From Nitrosopumilales archaeon (GTDB lineage: Archaea > Thermoproteota > Nitrososphaeria > Nitrososphaerales > Nitrososphaeraceae): DNA of 13,192 nt. The stretch is from positions 1 through 13,192 of the forward strand of contig JBIQJB010000042.1 in NCBI GenBank assembly GCA_044507735.1, given 5' to 3'. Positions 1 through 6,998 of this stretch are shown one piece after another. Within the stretch, counting starts at the first letter, position 1, and the number at the start of each line of letters is the position of its first letter. Below the pieces are notes generated by a model. That model was not told the DNA's origin, searched no databases, and worked only from the letters and a program-made list of their open reading frames with translations. Both the position numbers and the translations under genes were made by a program.

Positions 1-1025
1 ACTATGCCTACGAGACTGGCCAGTTCCTTTCTGCTCGCGGAGCCCAGTATCTCTGCAGACTTTTCCGGCCTGATGTTGTTGACGAAAACTCCAAAACCGC
101 GCTCTAGCCCAGTCCAAGTGCCCAATTGCGGATAGACCTCAACATGCCAGTGAATCTGTCTGCTGTTCTTCTTTTCCGGTGACAGGTGGAACACCAAGTT
201 AAATGGAGCATTGTCGAGCGCCTTCGACATGCCGCCAAGTGTTGCCCGGAGCATCAGCGCCAAGTCGTTGATCTCTTTTTGTGTTATCTTTGAGAACGAA
301 GTGATATGCCTCTTTGGGTATATCCAGAACTCGTATGGATAGGTGGGTGCCCACGGACAGAAGGCAAGAAAGCTGTCAGTGGCAAGGATCTGTCTGGGGC
401 CACTTGACTCTACGCCAATTATGTTGCACGCGGGGCAGTTGCCATTTTCATTCATAAACCTGTGCGATCCTTCGGCCTCCTGCTCTATCACGGGGGGTAT
501 GGTAGAAAATGTGACGATGTGAAGGTGAGGATGCTGAATCTGTGCGCCCGCCCCTGGGCCGCTGTTGACATATATTGAAACATAAGTCACGCTTTTCTGC
601 GTGTAGAGCCACCTAACGCGGTCCTGAATGACAACAAGCACATTGCCCCATTGTTCCACAGACATTTGTGAAAGATTCTGTTCGTGATCTGGCGTCGCGA
701 CTACTATTTGATGGTGCCCATATGCAGGCTCACTGTAGAGTGGCTTGTCGGTATAGCTCGTGGTTGCACTAGTGGCGACCACAGGGTTCTTGCTTTGAAA
801 GACCCTCACCGACCAGTCCTCAATGATGGCATCTTCGCTGTCTGACAGGCGCTGGAGCATGCCATCCTGAACGACCAGTGCGAGCAATGCGGGCTCTGTC
901 ATGGATTCGTTGCCGGGACAATATGGACACTTGGTGCCTTCAGGCTTTTCTCCGGTAGCAGATTGCCCAGATTCGGGCACGACAACTAATTTGTTAAGGA
1001 CATAGTCTTTGCGAAGGTCTCCCAA
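1..1025 (-). CDS. galT: Galactose-1-phosphate uridylyltransferase (GalT/HIT-like family), 3' end truncated by the window edge
   Basis: Not in the ORF track because the stop is outside the window. Manual translation from TTG at 1025 gives MGDLRKDYVLNKLVVVP...KCPYCPGNE...AYGHHQIVVATPDH...GAGAQIQHPHLHI...HWHVEVYP...GLERGFGVFVN. CPxCPGNE, the HPH nucleophile motif and HWH are GalT signatures. TATA-like element at 1050-1059. Confidence 0.9.
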   Translation of the reverse strand, partial: MGDLRKDYVLNKLVVVPESGQSATGEKPEGTKCPYCPGNESMTEPALLALVVQDGMLQRLSDSEDAIIEDWSVRVFQSKNPVVATSATTSYTDKPLYSEPAYGHHQIVVATPDHEQNLSQMSVEQWGNVLVVIQDRVRWLYTQKSVTYVSIYVNSGPGAGAQIQHPHLHIVTFSTIPPVIEQEAEGSHRFMNENGNCPACNIIGVESSGPRQILATDSFLAFCPWAPTYPYEFWIYPKRHITSFSKITQKEINDLALMLRATLGGMSKALDNAPFNLVFHLSPEKKNSRQIHWHVEVYPQLGTWTGLERGFGVFVNNIRPEKSAEILGSASRKELASLVGI

Positions 1026-1049
1026 GTCTTTGGAATTTCTCTTGCTGCT

Positions 1050-1059
1050 TTTAATTAAA
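1050..1059 (-). promoter_or_regulatory. TATA-box-like element for galT
   Basis: Palindromic TTTAATTAAA 25-34 nt upstream of the TTG start, which fits a leaderless archaeal promoter. Confidence 0.55.
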
Positions 1060-1077
1060 GGTTCTGTAAGGCTGGGC

Positions 1078-1215
1078 TTAATTGCCAAGCGAAAATTCCA
1101 GGGCCTTCAAGCATCGTTTGCACACATGCCTTCCTCGTCTTACAATTCCAAAATCCTCAGTCCTTTCCCCGTCGTCGCCCACCACAGTGCGTTGGCAGAA
1201 CATGCACTGCTCCAT
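1078..1215 (-). CDS. 45-aa CxxC...CxxC zinc-finger microprotein
   Basis: Manual translation MEQCMFCQRTVVGDDGERTEDFGIVRRGRHVCKRCLKALEFSLGN*. Two CxxC knuckles, ATG start, and it fills the gap between galT and the 1297 gene. Confidence 0.75.
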   Translation of the reverse strand: MEQCMFCQRTVVGDDGERTEDFGIVRRGRHVCKRCLKALEFSLGN

Positions 1216-1296
1216 TATATGGAAAGTTGTACCAGCTTGCTAATAAGAGAATAGGACGGTAGATTTTTGTCACCGCTAGACTGTTAAGTCCACCAA

Positions 1297-1626
1297 ATGC
1301 CTCTTGACAGGGATATTAGAAACATCATTGAAACTGTGATCGAAAACGACTTGGTGGCCCCGAAAGTTCCCAAAAACCGTGTTCCAAAGTTGAAGCGGAC
1401 ATGGAAGTGTGATCATCCCTATGACTTTCTTTACGGACACAGAATAGGTTACTACAAGGGGTTAGCCGAAGGGATGGTGCTAGAGAGACACAGGCGCCAG
1501 CTTGCACAAGAAGAGGATGATGAGATTTTTGAAATCGTCGAACCCTACACGAGAGGTCTCAGAAAATATTTCTCCTACTACAAACACAAAAGAAGGAGTT
1601 CTGGGGGTCTACCTCATAAACAATAA
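1297..1626 (+). CDS. Hypothetical protein, 109 aa, probably helical
   Basis: ATG start ~12 nt after TGTTAA and protein-like composition (YDFLYGHRIGYYKG...EEDDEIFEIVE). It ends 25 nt before apgM. No recognisable family. Confidence 0.7.
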   Translation: MPLDRDIRNIIETVIENDLVAPKVPKNRVPKLKRTWKCDHPYDFLYGHRIGYYKGLAEGMVLERHRRQLAQEEDDEIFEIVEPYTRGLRKYFSYYKHKRRSSGGLPHKQ

Positions 1627-1651
1627 ATTGACCAAGAGTTCTCACGTCAAT

Positions 1652-2926
1652 ATGAAAGACATCAGGCTAGTCTATGTTTTGCTTGACGGCATTGGCGATT
1701 TGCCGCATCCAACCCTAAATGACTTGACCCCTCTTGAGGCAGCATACACTCCGAACCTCGATTCGCTAGCTAGGAATGGTGTCATGGGAAGGGTCATTAG
1801 TGTTGGAAAGGGCATTGCTCCCCAATCAGATATTGCAGTTTTTAACATGCTTGGATACAGCTTTAAGGATGGAAGCTACGTTGGAAGGGGCGTCATCGAG
1901 TCCATAGGCTGTAATATCGACTTTCGCGACGGCGATCTTGCGCTCCGCGGTAACTTTGCGACTGTCGACGATAGGCTGAAAATACTCGATAGAAGGGCAG
2001 GCAGGATAATCAGCATCCAAGAGGCAAGGGCAGTTTGCAAGACTTTGCGCGAGAACATCAAATTTAGTGACAAAGATGCGTCCGTGGCGCTCGAACCGAC
2101 TGTTGCCCACCGCGTAGTCATTAGGCTGAGGCATGCAAAGATGAAGTTATCTGACAAGATTACGAACACCGATCCAGCATATGACAAAGTTGACGGCATG
2201 GGGATAGCAAAGGACACATCCGGCGAAATGTTTGTGCAAGAGTCACGAGCTGAGGAGGACAGCGAGCAGGCGAGAACCGCTGCCAGGATGCTAAACGAAT
2301 TCACTTCTCAGGTGGTGCAGCTGTTGCGCGACCACCCAGTTAACAAGGCCAGAACAAGTGAGGGCAAGAAACCAATGAATTGCATACTCGCCCGCGATTC
2401 AGGGAACAGATACCCCCAAGTTGATCCAATAGACAAGAAACACGGCATTAGGGTCGGCTGCATAGTCGATATGCCCGTCGAAATTGGAATTTCCAAAGTT
2501 CTTGGAATGAAGATGTTCCAAGCCGGAGATGTCAACGCCTATGAGGAGAAAGCAAAAGTCGCTGCTAAAAGCCTAAAGTCGGTCAACGCAGTATATGTCC
2601 ACATCAAAGGACCGGACGAGTTCGGTCATGATGGCGATGCGAGGGGTAAGAAGAAGAACATCGAAGACATCGATAAGCGATTCTTTGGCACACTTATTGA
2701 AGAATTAAAGGGAGACGACGATGTCGCCATTGTAGTTTCTGGCGACCACTCTACACCTTGTATAAAGAAGGGTCACAGTGACGATCCGGTGCCGCTACTC
2801 ATATCGAGTAGCAGAGTTAAGCAGGATGGAAGCGCAAGGTTCACAGAGGACTATGGCAAACGTGGCAGTCTGGGATTACTGATGGGCGCGGATGTGCTGC
2901 CAACAGCGATCAAGATGCTCGGTTAG
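1652..2926 (+). CDS. apgM: 2,3-bisphosphoglycerate-independent phosphoglycerate mutase, archaeal type (alkaline phosphatase superfamily)
   Basis: Motifs LLDGIGD, TPLEAAYTPNLD, PQSD (phospho-Ser), GRG, HIKGPDEFGHDG, SGDHSTP and HSDDPVP. Start reassigned from 1502 to ATG 1652 (MKDIRLVYVLLDG), which removes the overlap with the upstream gene. Confidence 0.93.
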   Translation: MKDIRLVYVLLDGIGDLPHPTLNDLTPLEAAYTPNLDSLARNGVMGRVISVGKGIAPQSDIAVFNMLGYSFKDGSYVGRGVIESIGCNIDFRDGDLALRGNFATVDDRLKILDRRAGRIISIQEARAVCKTLRENIKFSDKDASVALEPTVAHRVVIRLRHAKMKLSDKITNTDPAYDKVDGMGIAKDTSGEMFVQESRAEEDSEQARTAARMLNEFTSQVVQLLRDHPVNKARTSEGKKPMNCILARDSGNRYPQVDPIDKKHGIRVGCIVDMPVEIGISKVLGMKMFQAGDVNAYEEKAKVAAKSLKSVNAVYVHIKGPDEFGHDGDARGKKKNIEDIDKRFFGTLIEELKGDDDVAIVVSGDHSTPCIKKGHSDDPVPLLISSSRVKQDGSARFTEDYGKRGSLGLLMGADVLPTAIKMLG

Positions 2927-3091
2927 CTAGTATGGTCCACCAAGTATCTGGAGAAGATACTTTCTGTAGTATATGATCAGTGCAATCCCCACAGCTGTCG
3001 GCGTAACGCCATAGATCCAGTGGACAAAGAGCATCACAAAGATCCCTATTACCAACATGGCAAGGCCGGCCAATGGGTTGATGTATTCCAA
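2927..3091 (-). CDS. 54-aa two-helix membrane microprotein
   Basis: Manual translation (M)EYINPLAGLAMLVIGIFVMLFVHWIYGVTPTAVGIALIIYYRKYLLQILGGPY* shows two hydrophobic segments followed by RK. The stop abuts the apgM stop with no gap. TTTATA lies ~25 nt upstream. An alternative TTG start is at 3097. Confidence 0.7.
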   Translation of the reverse strand: MEYINPLAGLAMLVIGIFVMLFVHWIYGVTPTAVGIALIIYYRKYLLQILGGPY

Positions 3092-3114
3092 TTGCAAGCG
3101 GGCAAACGTTAGGG

Positions 3115-3122
3115 TATAAATC
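3115..3122. promoter_or_regulatory. Probable shared TATA element of the divergent microprotein pair
   Basis: TATAAATC on + and TTTATA on -, about 25-35 nt from both starts (3091 and 3145/3154). Confidence 0.45.
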
Positions 3123-3153
3123 TAGAAAAGTCTTTTGCTACTTTGTGTTTCCA

Positions 3154-3300
3154 ATGTTGCAGATACTCCCCGAGGGTAGCGTCAGGGACGAGACAACCTT
3201 TCTAGTCTTACTTTCGGGCCTTGCAGTACTTGTAGGTGCCGCAATATACCTGAGGATGAAGAGGAGAAGAGGAGAAGCGGAAGAAGAAAAACAGAACTGA
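3154..3300 (+). CDS. 48-aa single-pass membrane microprotein
   Basis: Manual translation MLQILPEGSVRDETTFLVLLSGLAVLVGAAIYLRMKRRRGEAEEEKQN* has one TM helix followed by a basic cluster (positive-inside rule). The stop abuts the stop of the convergent 3301 gene. An alternative GTG start is at 3145. Confidence 0.7.
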   Translation: MLQILPEGSVRDETTFLVLLSGLAVLVGAAIYLRMKRRRGEAEEEKQN

Positions 3301-3516
3301 TCACACAGGCATTACAAGATTCAATCCTGTGGCTAGACCAATCAGCGTCCCTATGAAAGAAGCGGTCTTGGACGAATCTTGCTTAGGCGGATGATAAGTG
3401 TGTACTGACCTATCATTCTCCTTTTCACAACTGCTGCACTTCCACAGAACTGCTTCGTTGCAGGACGGGCAGTACTCAGTGGCATTCATTTCAGCTCCGC
3501 ACGCTCTACACAGCAT
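3301..3516 (-). CDS. Small zinc-ribbon protein (three CxxC plus HxxH) with hydrophobic C-terminal helix
   Basis: MLCRACG...YCPSCNE...WKCSSCEK...VHTYH...SFIGTLIGLATGLNLVMPV. ATG 3516 is preferred over TTG 3522 because TTTAAA lies ~25 nt upstream. Confidence 0.75.
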   Translation of the reverse strand: MLCRACGAEMNATEYCPSCNEAVLWKCSSCEKENDRSVHTYHPPKQDSSKTASFIGTLIGLATGLNLVMPV

Positions 3517-3549
3517 TACCAAATTATGGAGCCTCTCCTTTTTAAACGA

Positions 3550-4584
3550 TTAGAAAGGGGGACGAGCCTGTTGCGGCCTGACAGTAATTGTCAGCTTGAA
3601 CCCTGTCAGTATATCCTTGCACCGGTTCCGGATTGTCACTTCTGTTACGCCGGAGAGGCTTGACACGTCGCGTTGGAGTATGTTGACGCCAAGCAGGATC
3701 GAAGCGATATAGATATAGGCCGCCGCAAGGCCATTTGGAGCCTTTCCGTCAGCAAGCATATGATCATCAGTCTTGTGTGCGATGTCTATTGCCAGCCTTT
3801 CCACCTTGGTATCGATCTTGGCCATGTTGGCCAGCTTTGAAATATAGTGGTCGATCGCAAGCGCGACTGCAGGAGACTGCTGCTGAGACGTGTATGTTGA
3901 CCGCTGTAGGACGCTTGGCGACTGGACTGGATCTTGTTCCGTAAATACCCCCATTTCCATCACCATCATCCTATAATATTTTGATGCCAACTTAACGCTT
4001 GACCTGTCCTGGTCTGTAACTCCAGTAGCAGCAACGATTTCTTCAAGCGACCTCACTACTGAGCACCTTTTGCATGCAAGGTATATGGTGGCTGCAGCCA
4101 TGCAGGCGATAGATTTGCCCTTTGCCTCACAGTTGCTTTCAAAGTTCCGGTACAGGACAGCAGATGTCTCAACCAGCAGTTTTGGAAGGGATAGTGAGGC
4201 ACACGTTTCGTTTATTTTTGTGAGGACGTTTGAAAGCCGGCGCTCTTGGGGAGAGACAATCCTGCTTCTGATGTGCCACTTGCGGATATTGTTCATGGTC
4301 TCAGCCATCTGGTAGTCTATCGACTTACCCGCATAGTCCTTTGATCCATATGCAATCTCTGTTCGAAGTCCGTAATCGTGAAGTGCAAAACTGGTAGATC
4401 CACTTGCTCTAGCATTCTTGGACTTTTCCTCGAAGTCTGTGGCGTTTGATTCTCGTCCAAAATCCTCCACTTGATCCAATGCGACGCATCCACACCTCTC
4501 ACAGATGTATTCACCTTTGCTTGGATCTTGAATGAGGTTGGCGCCGCATTCTGAGCACTGCGTATAATATTCTGCAGCGGTCAT
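3550..4584 (-). CDS. tfb: Transcription initiation factor IIB (TFB)
   Basis: N-terminal Zn ribbon (CSECG...GEYICERCG), B-reader region (RASG...LHDYGLRTEI) and two cyclin repeats (GKSIACMAAATIY; GKAPNGLAAAYIY; VTEVTIRNR). It sits downstream of gar1, a common archaeal arrangement. Confidence 0.96.
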   Translation of the reverse strand: MTAAEYYTQCSECGANLIQDPSKGEYICERCGCVALDQVEDFGRESNATDFEEKSKNARASGSTSFALHDYGLRTEIAYGSKDYAGKSIDYQMAETMNNIRKWHIRSRIVSPQERRLSNVLTKINETCASLSLPKLLVETSAVLYRNFESNCEAKGKSIACMAAATIYLACKRCSVVRSLEEIVAATGVTDQDRSSVKLASKYYRMMVMEMGVFTEQDPVQSPSVLQRSTYTSQQQSPAVALAIDHYISKLANMAKIDTKVERLAIDIAHKTDDHMLADGKAPNGLAAAYIYIASILLGVNILQRDVSSLSGVTEVTIRNRCKDILTGFKLTITVRPQQARPPF

Positions 4585-4590
4585 TCCCCA

Positions 4591-4890
4591 TTACCTTGAC
4601 CTTTTGCCAGAGCCTTTGCCCTGGGAGCGAAACGTCTTGACAAATCCCCCGCTGAAAACCTTGGAACCGACGAGTCTGCTAGTCCTATCAGTCATCGGTA
4701 TGACCGATGCATACGGCGCGCTCACAGGACCTATCAGCTCTGCCACCTTGCCTACCCTCTTGCCAGACCCATCGATTAGCAGTTCGCCGGCCTTGATGCC
4801 AGTGCCTGCGGCGTTGAGTTTGACTATAAGCCTTCCACTTTTTGCCAAATGCATGACTTCCCCTATCTCCCCCACTTTGGTAAGAGGCAT
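4591..4890 (-). CDS. gar1: H/ACA RNP protein Gar1 (Gar1/Naf1 family)
   Basis: IGEVMHLAKSGRLIVK...VGKVAELIGPVSAPYASV is the Gar1 beta-barrel pattern. It lies directly upstream of tfb. Confidence 0.88.
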   Translation of the reverse strand: MPLTKVGEIGEVMHLAKSGRLIVKLNAAGTGIKAGELLIDGSGKRVGKVAELIGPVSAPYASVIPMTDRTSRLVGSKVFSGGFVKTFRSQGKGSGKRSR

Positions 4891-4995
4891 AAGCTATGTA
4901 CTTGCTATCATAAGCTTCTGTCAATATTTGTTTGTATTTCGATAAACAAGATTATGGCAAGGCTATCCGGCAAAATGTCATGTACAAAAATCCCG

Positions 4996-5316
4996 TTATT
5001 TCTTGCCAGATTTTTGCTTGTTCCTTTTTTGCAGCATCCGCTCAGCAACTGCGTCTATCATCTGCGACTTTTTCATCCCTTCCTTCTTTTCCACCATGAC
5101 ATACCCTGACTTTACATATGATCTCCGGGGATACCTCGCCTCGCTGTTTATCTCCTGATCAGAGAACTGTAGTCCAGCAAGCTTCGCCGCCTCTGCGAGT
5201 TCTTGCACAGTTGGGTCAAACACAGCCTGCTCACGGCTTACCTTTCTGCCCTGGCGCCTCTTGAGATTCTTGTTAAAGTAGTCAAGCCAGAGTACGACGT
5301 GATCGTAGTCTTTCAA
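4996..5316 (-). CDS. srp19: Signal recognition particle 19 kDa protein
   Basis: VLWLDYFNKNLKRRQGRKV...DPTVQELAEAA...ARYPR...GYVMVEK...KSQMIDAVA. Start reassigned from 5469 to TTG 5316 (MKDYDHVV), ~27 nt after a strong TATA box. Confidence 0.93.
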   Translation of the reverse strand: MKDYDHVVLWLDYFNKNLKRRQGRKVSREQAVFDPTVQELAEAAKLAGLQFSDQEINSEARYPRRSYVKSGYVMVEKKEGMKKSQMIDAVAERMLQKRNKQKSGKK

Positions 5317-5342
5317 GCCCCAATGCCCGTATGTTCCGAGGC

Positions 5343-5353
5343 TTTTATAAATA
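5343..5353. promoter_or_regulatory. TATA box for srp19-gar1-tfb, possibly bidirectional
   Basis: TTTTATAAATA reads as a TATA box on both strands. It is ~27 nt from the srp19 start (-) and ~30 nt from the start of the structured region (+). Confidence 0.65.
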
Positions 5354-5374
5354 CTGTTGAGATTGTTACCAACT

Positions 5375-5900
5375 GCCAAGCCGGGAATCAGGAGTGCCTG
5401 CTTGTGAGACGCGTCTTGCGAGAAAAACTGTTCTACCATGGTAATGAGCGCCCAAAAGCACAAAAGCAAACAACGGAAGAATGTCTGCTCTCCTTCCCAC
5501 GGATTGCAAGCAGGCGCTGCTCTCTCAAAGGTTCCTATAACTCATGCCCACCAAGGTCAAGCATTGTCAAGCTCGCCTCTCCAAGTGGATACCTGCCGGC
5601 CGACTTTGGCGAGCTTGGTCAGTTTAGATCTGAGGTTGGCCAGACAACAGACCAACTCCAAACACACCCAGTCGAGATTTTCATTCTTGCAATATCGAGT
5701 ACCCCAAGATAGATTTCAGATCCACTTCTCAAGGCCCTAACTTGTCCGGGGGATTCTAGCGAGAGTGCAGGCAGGAGGGGTTGCATTCAATGAAGAGAAT
5801 TGGCGGGTGGGCGAAGACGCGAGGTCGTAGTTCTGATTGGAACCACCCTAATGAAAGTTCACAGAAAATGAGAGACTGAAATGCCTCTGGGCAATTGTCA
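5375..5900 (+). ncRNA. Candidate structured non-coding RNA, unclassified
   Basis: No convincing CDS. Helices found by eye: 5393-5407/5504-5518 (15 bp, 3 GU), 5383-5389/5530-5536, 5568-5577/5608-5617 (10 bp perfect), 5627-5637/5712-5722, 5763-5770/5781-5788 and 5805-5810/5843-5848. The GU pairs favour the + strand. Confidence 0.3.
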
Positions 5901-5905
5901 AATGA

Positions 5906-6316
5906 CTAAGTCTTCGCTGATGTTGATGTTGATCCCTTGATCAGAACAGCGTTGACAACTCCATCTTGTCCCGGACGAGACATGACCACTGCAGAGCCAC
6001 TTTCTGTCTCGATTACTGCACCCTTGCTGATCACGCCCCTTCTTTCATAGTCTCTGTTTGCAGGATTCTTGCTAACCTTCAAAATCTTGACCTTGGTTAC
6101 CTTCTTGGATTCTTTATCAACGACGTTTGCAAACTCTGCGGTCTTGAAGGCGGCCTTGACGTTACCCCCACGTGTCCTTCTGGCAACGATCTGAGTAGCA
6201 CCCACCACGGCTTCATTTGGATATCGGTCAATCTCAAACTTACGTCTTCCTCTCATGGCGACCTTCCGTCCGCCAGTCAATTTGCGGCCCGCGAGGTTCT
6301 CTATCGATTTTCGCAT
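5906..6316 (-). CDS. rps8e: 30S ribosomal protein S8e
   Basis: RKLTGGR...RRKFEIDR...RTRGGNVK...NPANRDYERRGVISKGAVIET...SRPGQDGVVNAVL are hallmark eS8 motifs. Confidence 0.97.
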   Translation of the reverse strand: MRKSIENLAGRKLTGGRKVAMRGRRKFEIDRYPNEAVVGATQIVARRTRGGNVKAAFKTAEFANVVDKESKKVTKVKILKVSKNPANRDYERRGVISKGAVIETESGSAVVMSRPGQDGVVNAVLIKGSTSTSAKT

Positions 6317-6346
6317 AGCAGTGCAGTAGGTATTTTCCCACTCTAA

Positions 6347-6952
6347 TTAAGACTTTTCTGGGGGTTGAGTCGGACTTGCGGCAGAAGGATTGGAAGTGGC
6401 ACCAGTGGATCGAGGCGAAGGTGACGAAGGTCGCTTGTTGCTAGTGGCCACCAGTTTGTTCTTCATTGCGTTCAAGTCAGTTATTCCAAAGTAGCTTTGA
6501 AACTTTGGTGTTGTGCGGTATACTTTAAGCCTGCCCAAGTTCTCGTGCTCTACGAACTGCAGTTGCTCCAATATCTTGATATGTGAATAGACTTGGCTTC
6601 CTCTTATCTGGACCAGCCTCTTTGAAGTGACCGGTTGCTCGTATGCTACATATGACAACGTCTTGAGAGCAGCCGATGGTACCAGGGGGTGCTGAGCAAA
6701 TTTCCTTACAAGAGGTGTATATTCTGGTCGTAGCTGCAGCACGTAGGTGCCGTCCTCTAGCTGTGCAATCTCTATCGCCTTGAATGTTGTCTTGACCTTT
6801 TTCATCAGATCGTTGACTACGCGCAGAGTCTTTTCTTTGGAGTTTGTCCCCGATGCCTTAACAAGTTCGTCGACTGTCAGTGGCCTGCCTGCAGAATATA
6901 GAGCAGCCTCAACCCGTGCGGCTACTTCATGTTCTGGGAAAGACTCACGCAA
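6347..6952 (-). CDS. scpB: Segregation and condensation protein B (SMC-Scp kite subunit)
   Basis: VEAALYSAGRPL...ALKTLSYVAYEQPVT...QIRG...YRTTPKFQSYFGI shows the tandem winged-helix ScpB pattern, with a low-complexity S/P tail. Confidence 0.93.
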   Translation of the reverse strand: MRESFPEHEVAARVEAALYSAGRPLTVDELVKASGTNSKEKTLRVVNDLMKKVKTTFKAIEIAQLEDGTYVLQLRPEYTPLVRKFAQHPLVPSAALKTLSYVAYEQPVTSKRLVQIRGSQVYSHIKILEQLQFVEHENLGRLKVYRTTPKFQSYFGITDLNAMKNKLVATSNKRPSSPSPRSTGATSNPSAASPTQPPEKS

Positions 6953-6998
6953 TCTGGTTCAATTTGGATAATTGTGTTATTTATGGCTGCCGTTATTG

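Noticed and set aside
1009-1254. 81-aa + strand ORF
   Set aside because: It overlaps the galT start and is antisense to the more convincing Zn-finger microprotein.
1502-1651. N-terminal extensions in the ORF track (apgM from 1502, srp19 from 5469, usp from 11338)
   Set aside because: They overlap other genes or run across the TATA boxes, and family homology starts at the downstream start codons.
5203-5740. ORFs 5203-5712 and 5438-5740 (+)
   Set aside because: No motifs and random-looking composition. The first overlaps srp19 antisense. The second cannot be fully excluded.
5790-5879. C/D-box sRNA (ATGAAGA...CTGA...ATGAAA...CTGA)
   Set aside because: The 90-nt span and ~36-nt C-to-D' distance are too long for a typical archaeal guide, and the boxes are degenerate.
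5375-5900. SRP (7S) RNA or RNase P RNA next to srp19
   Set aside because: There is no CAGG-NNN-GNRA-NNN-AGCA helix-8 motif on either strand; GGGAAGGAGAGCAG at ~5485-5498 (-) lacks the paired stem. The RNase P GAGGAA and ACAGAA-N-CGGCUUA pair is also missing.
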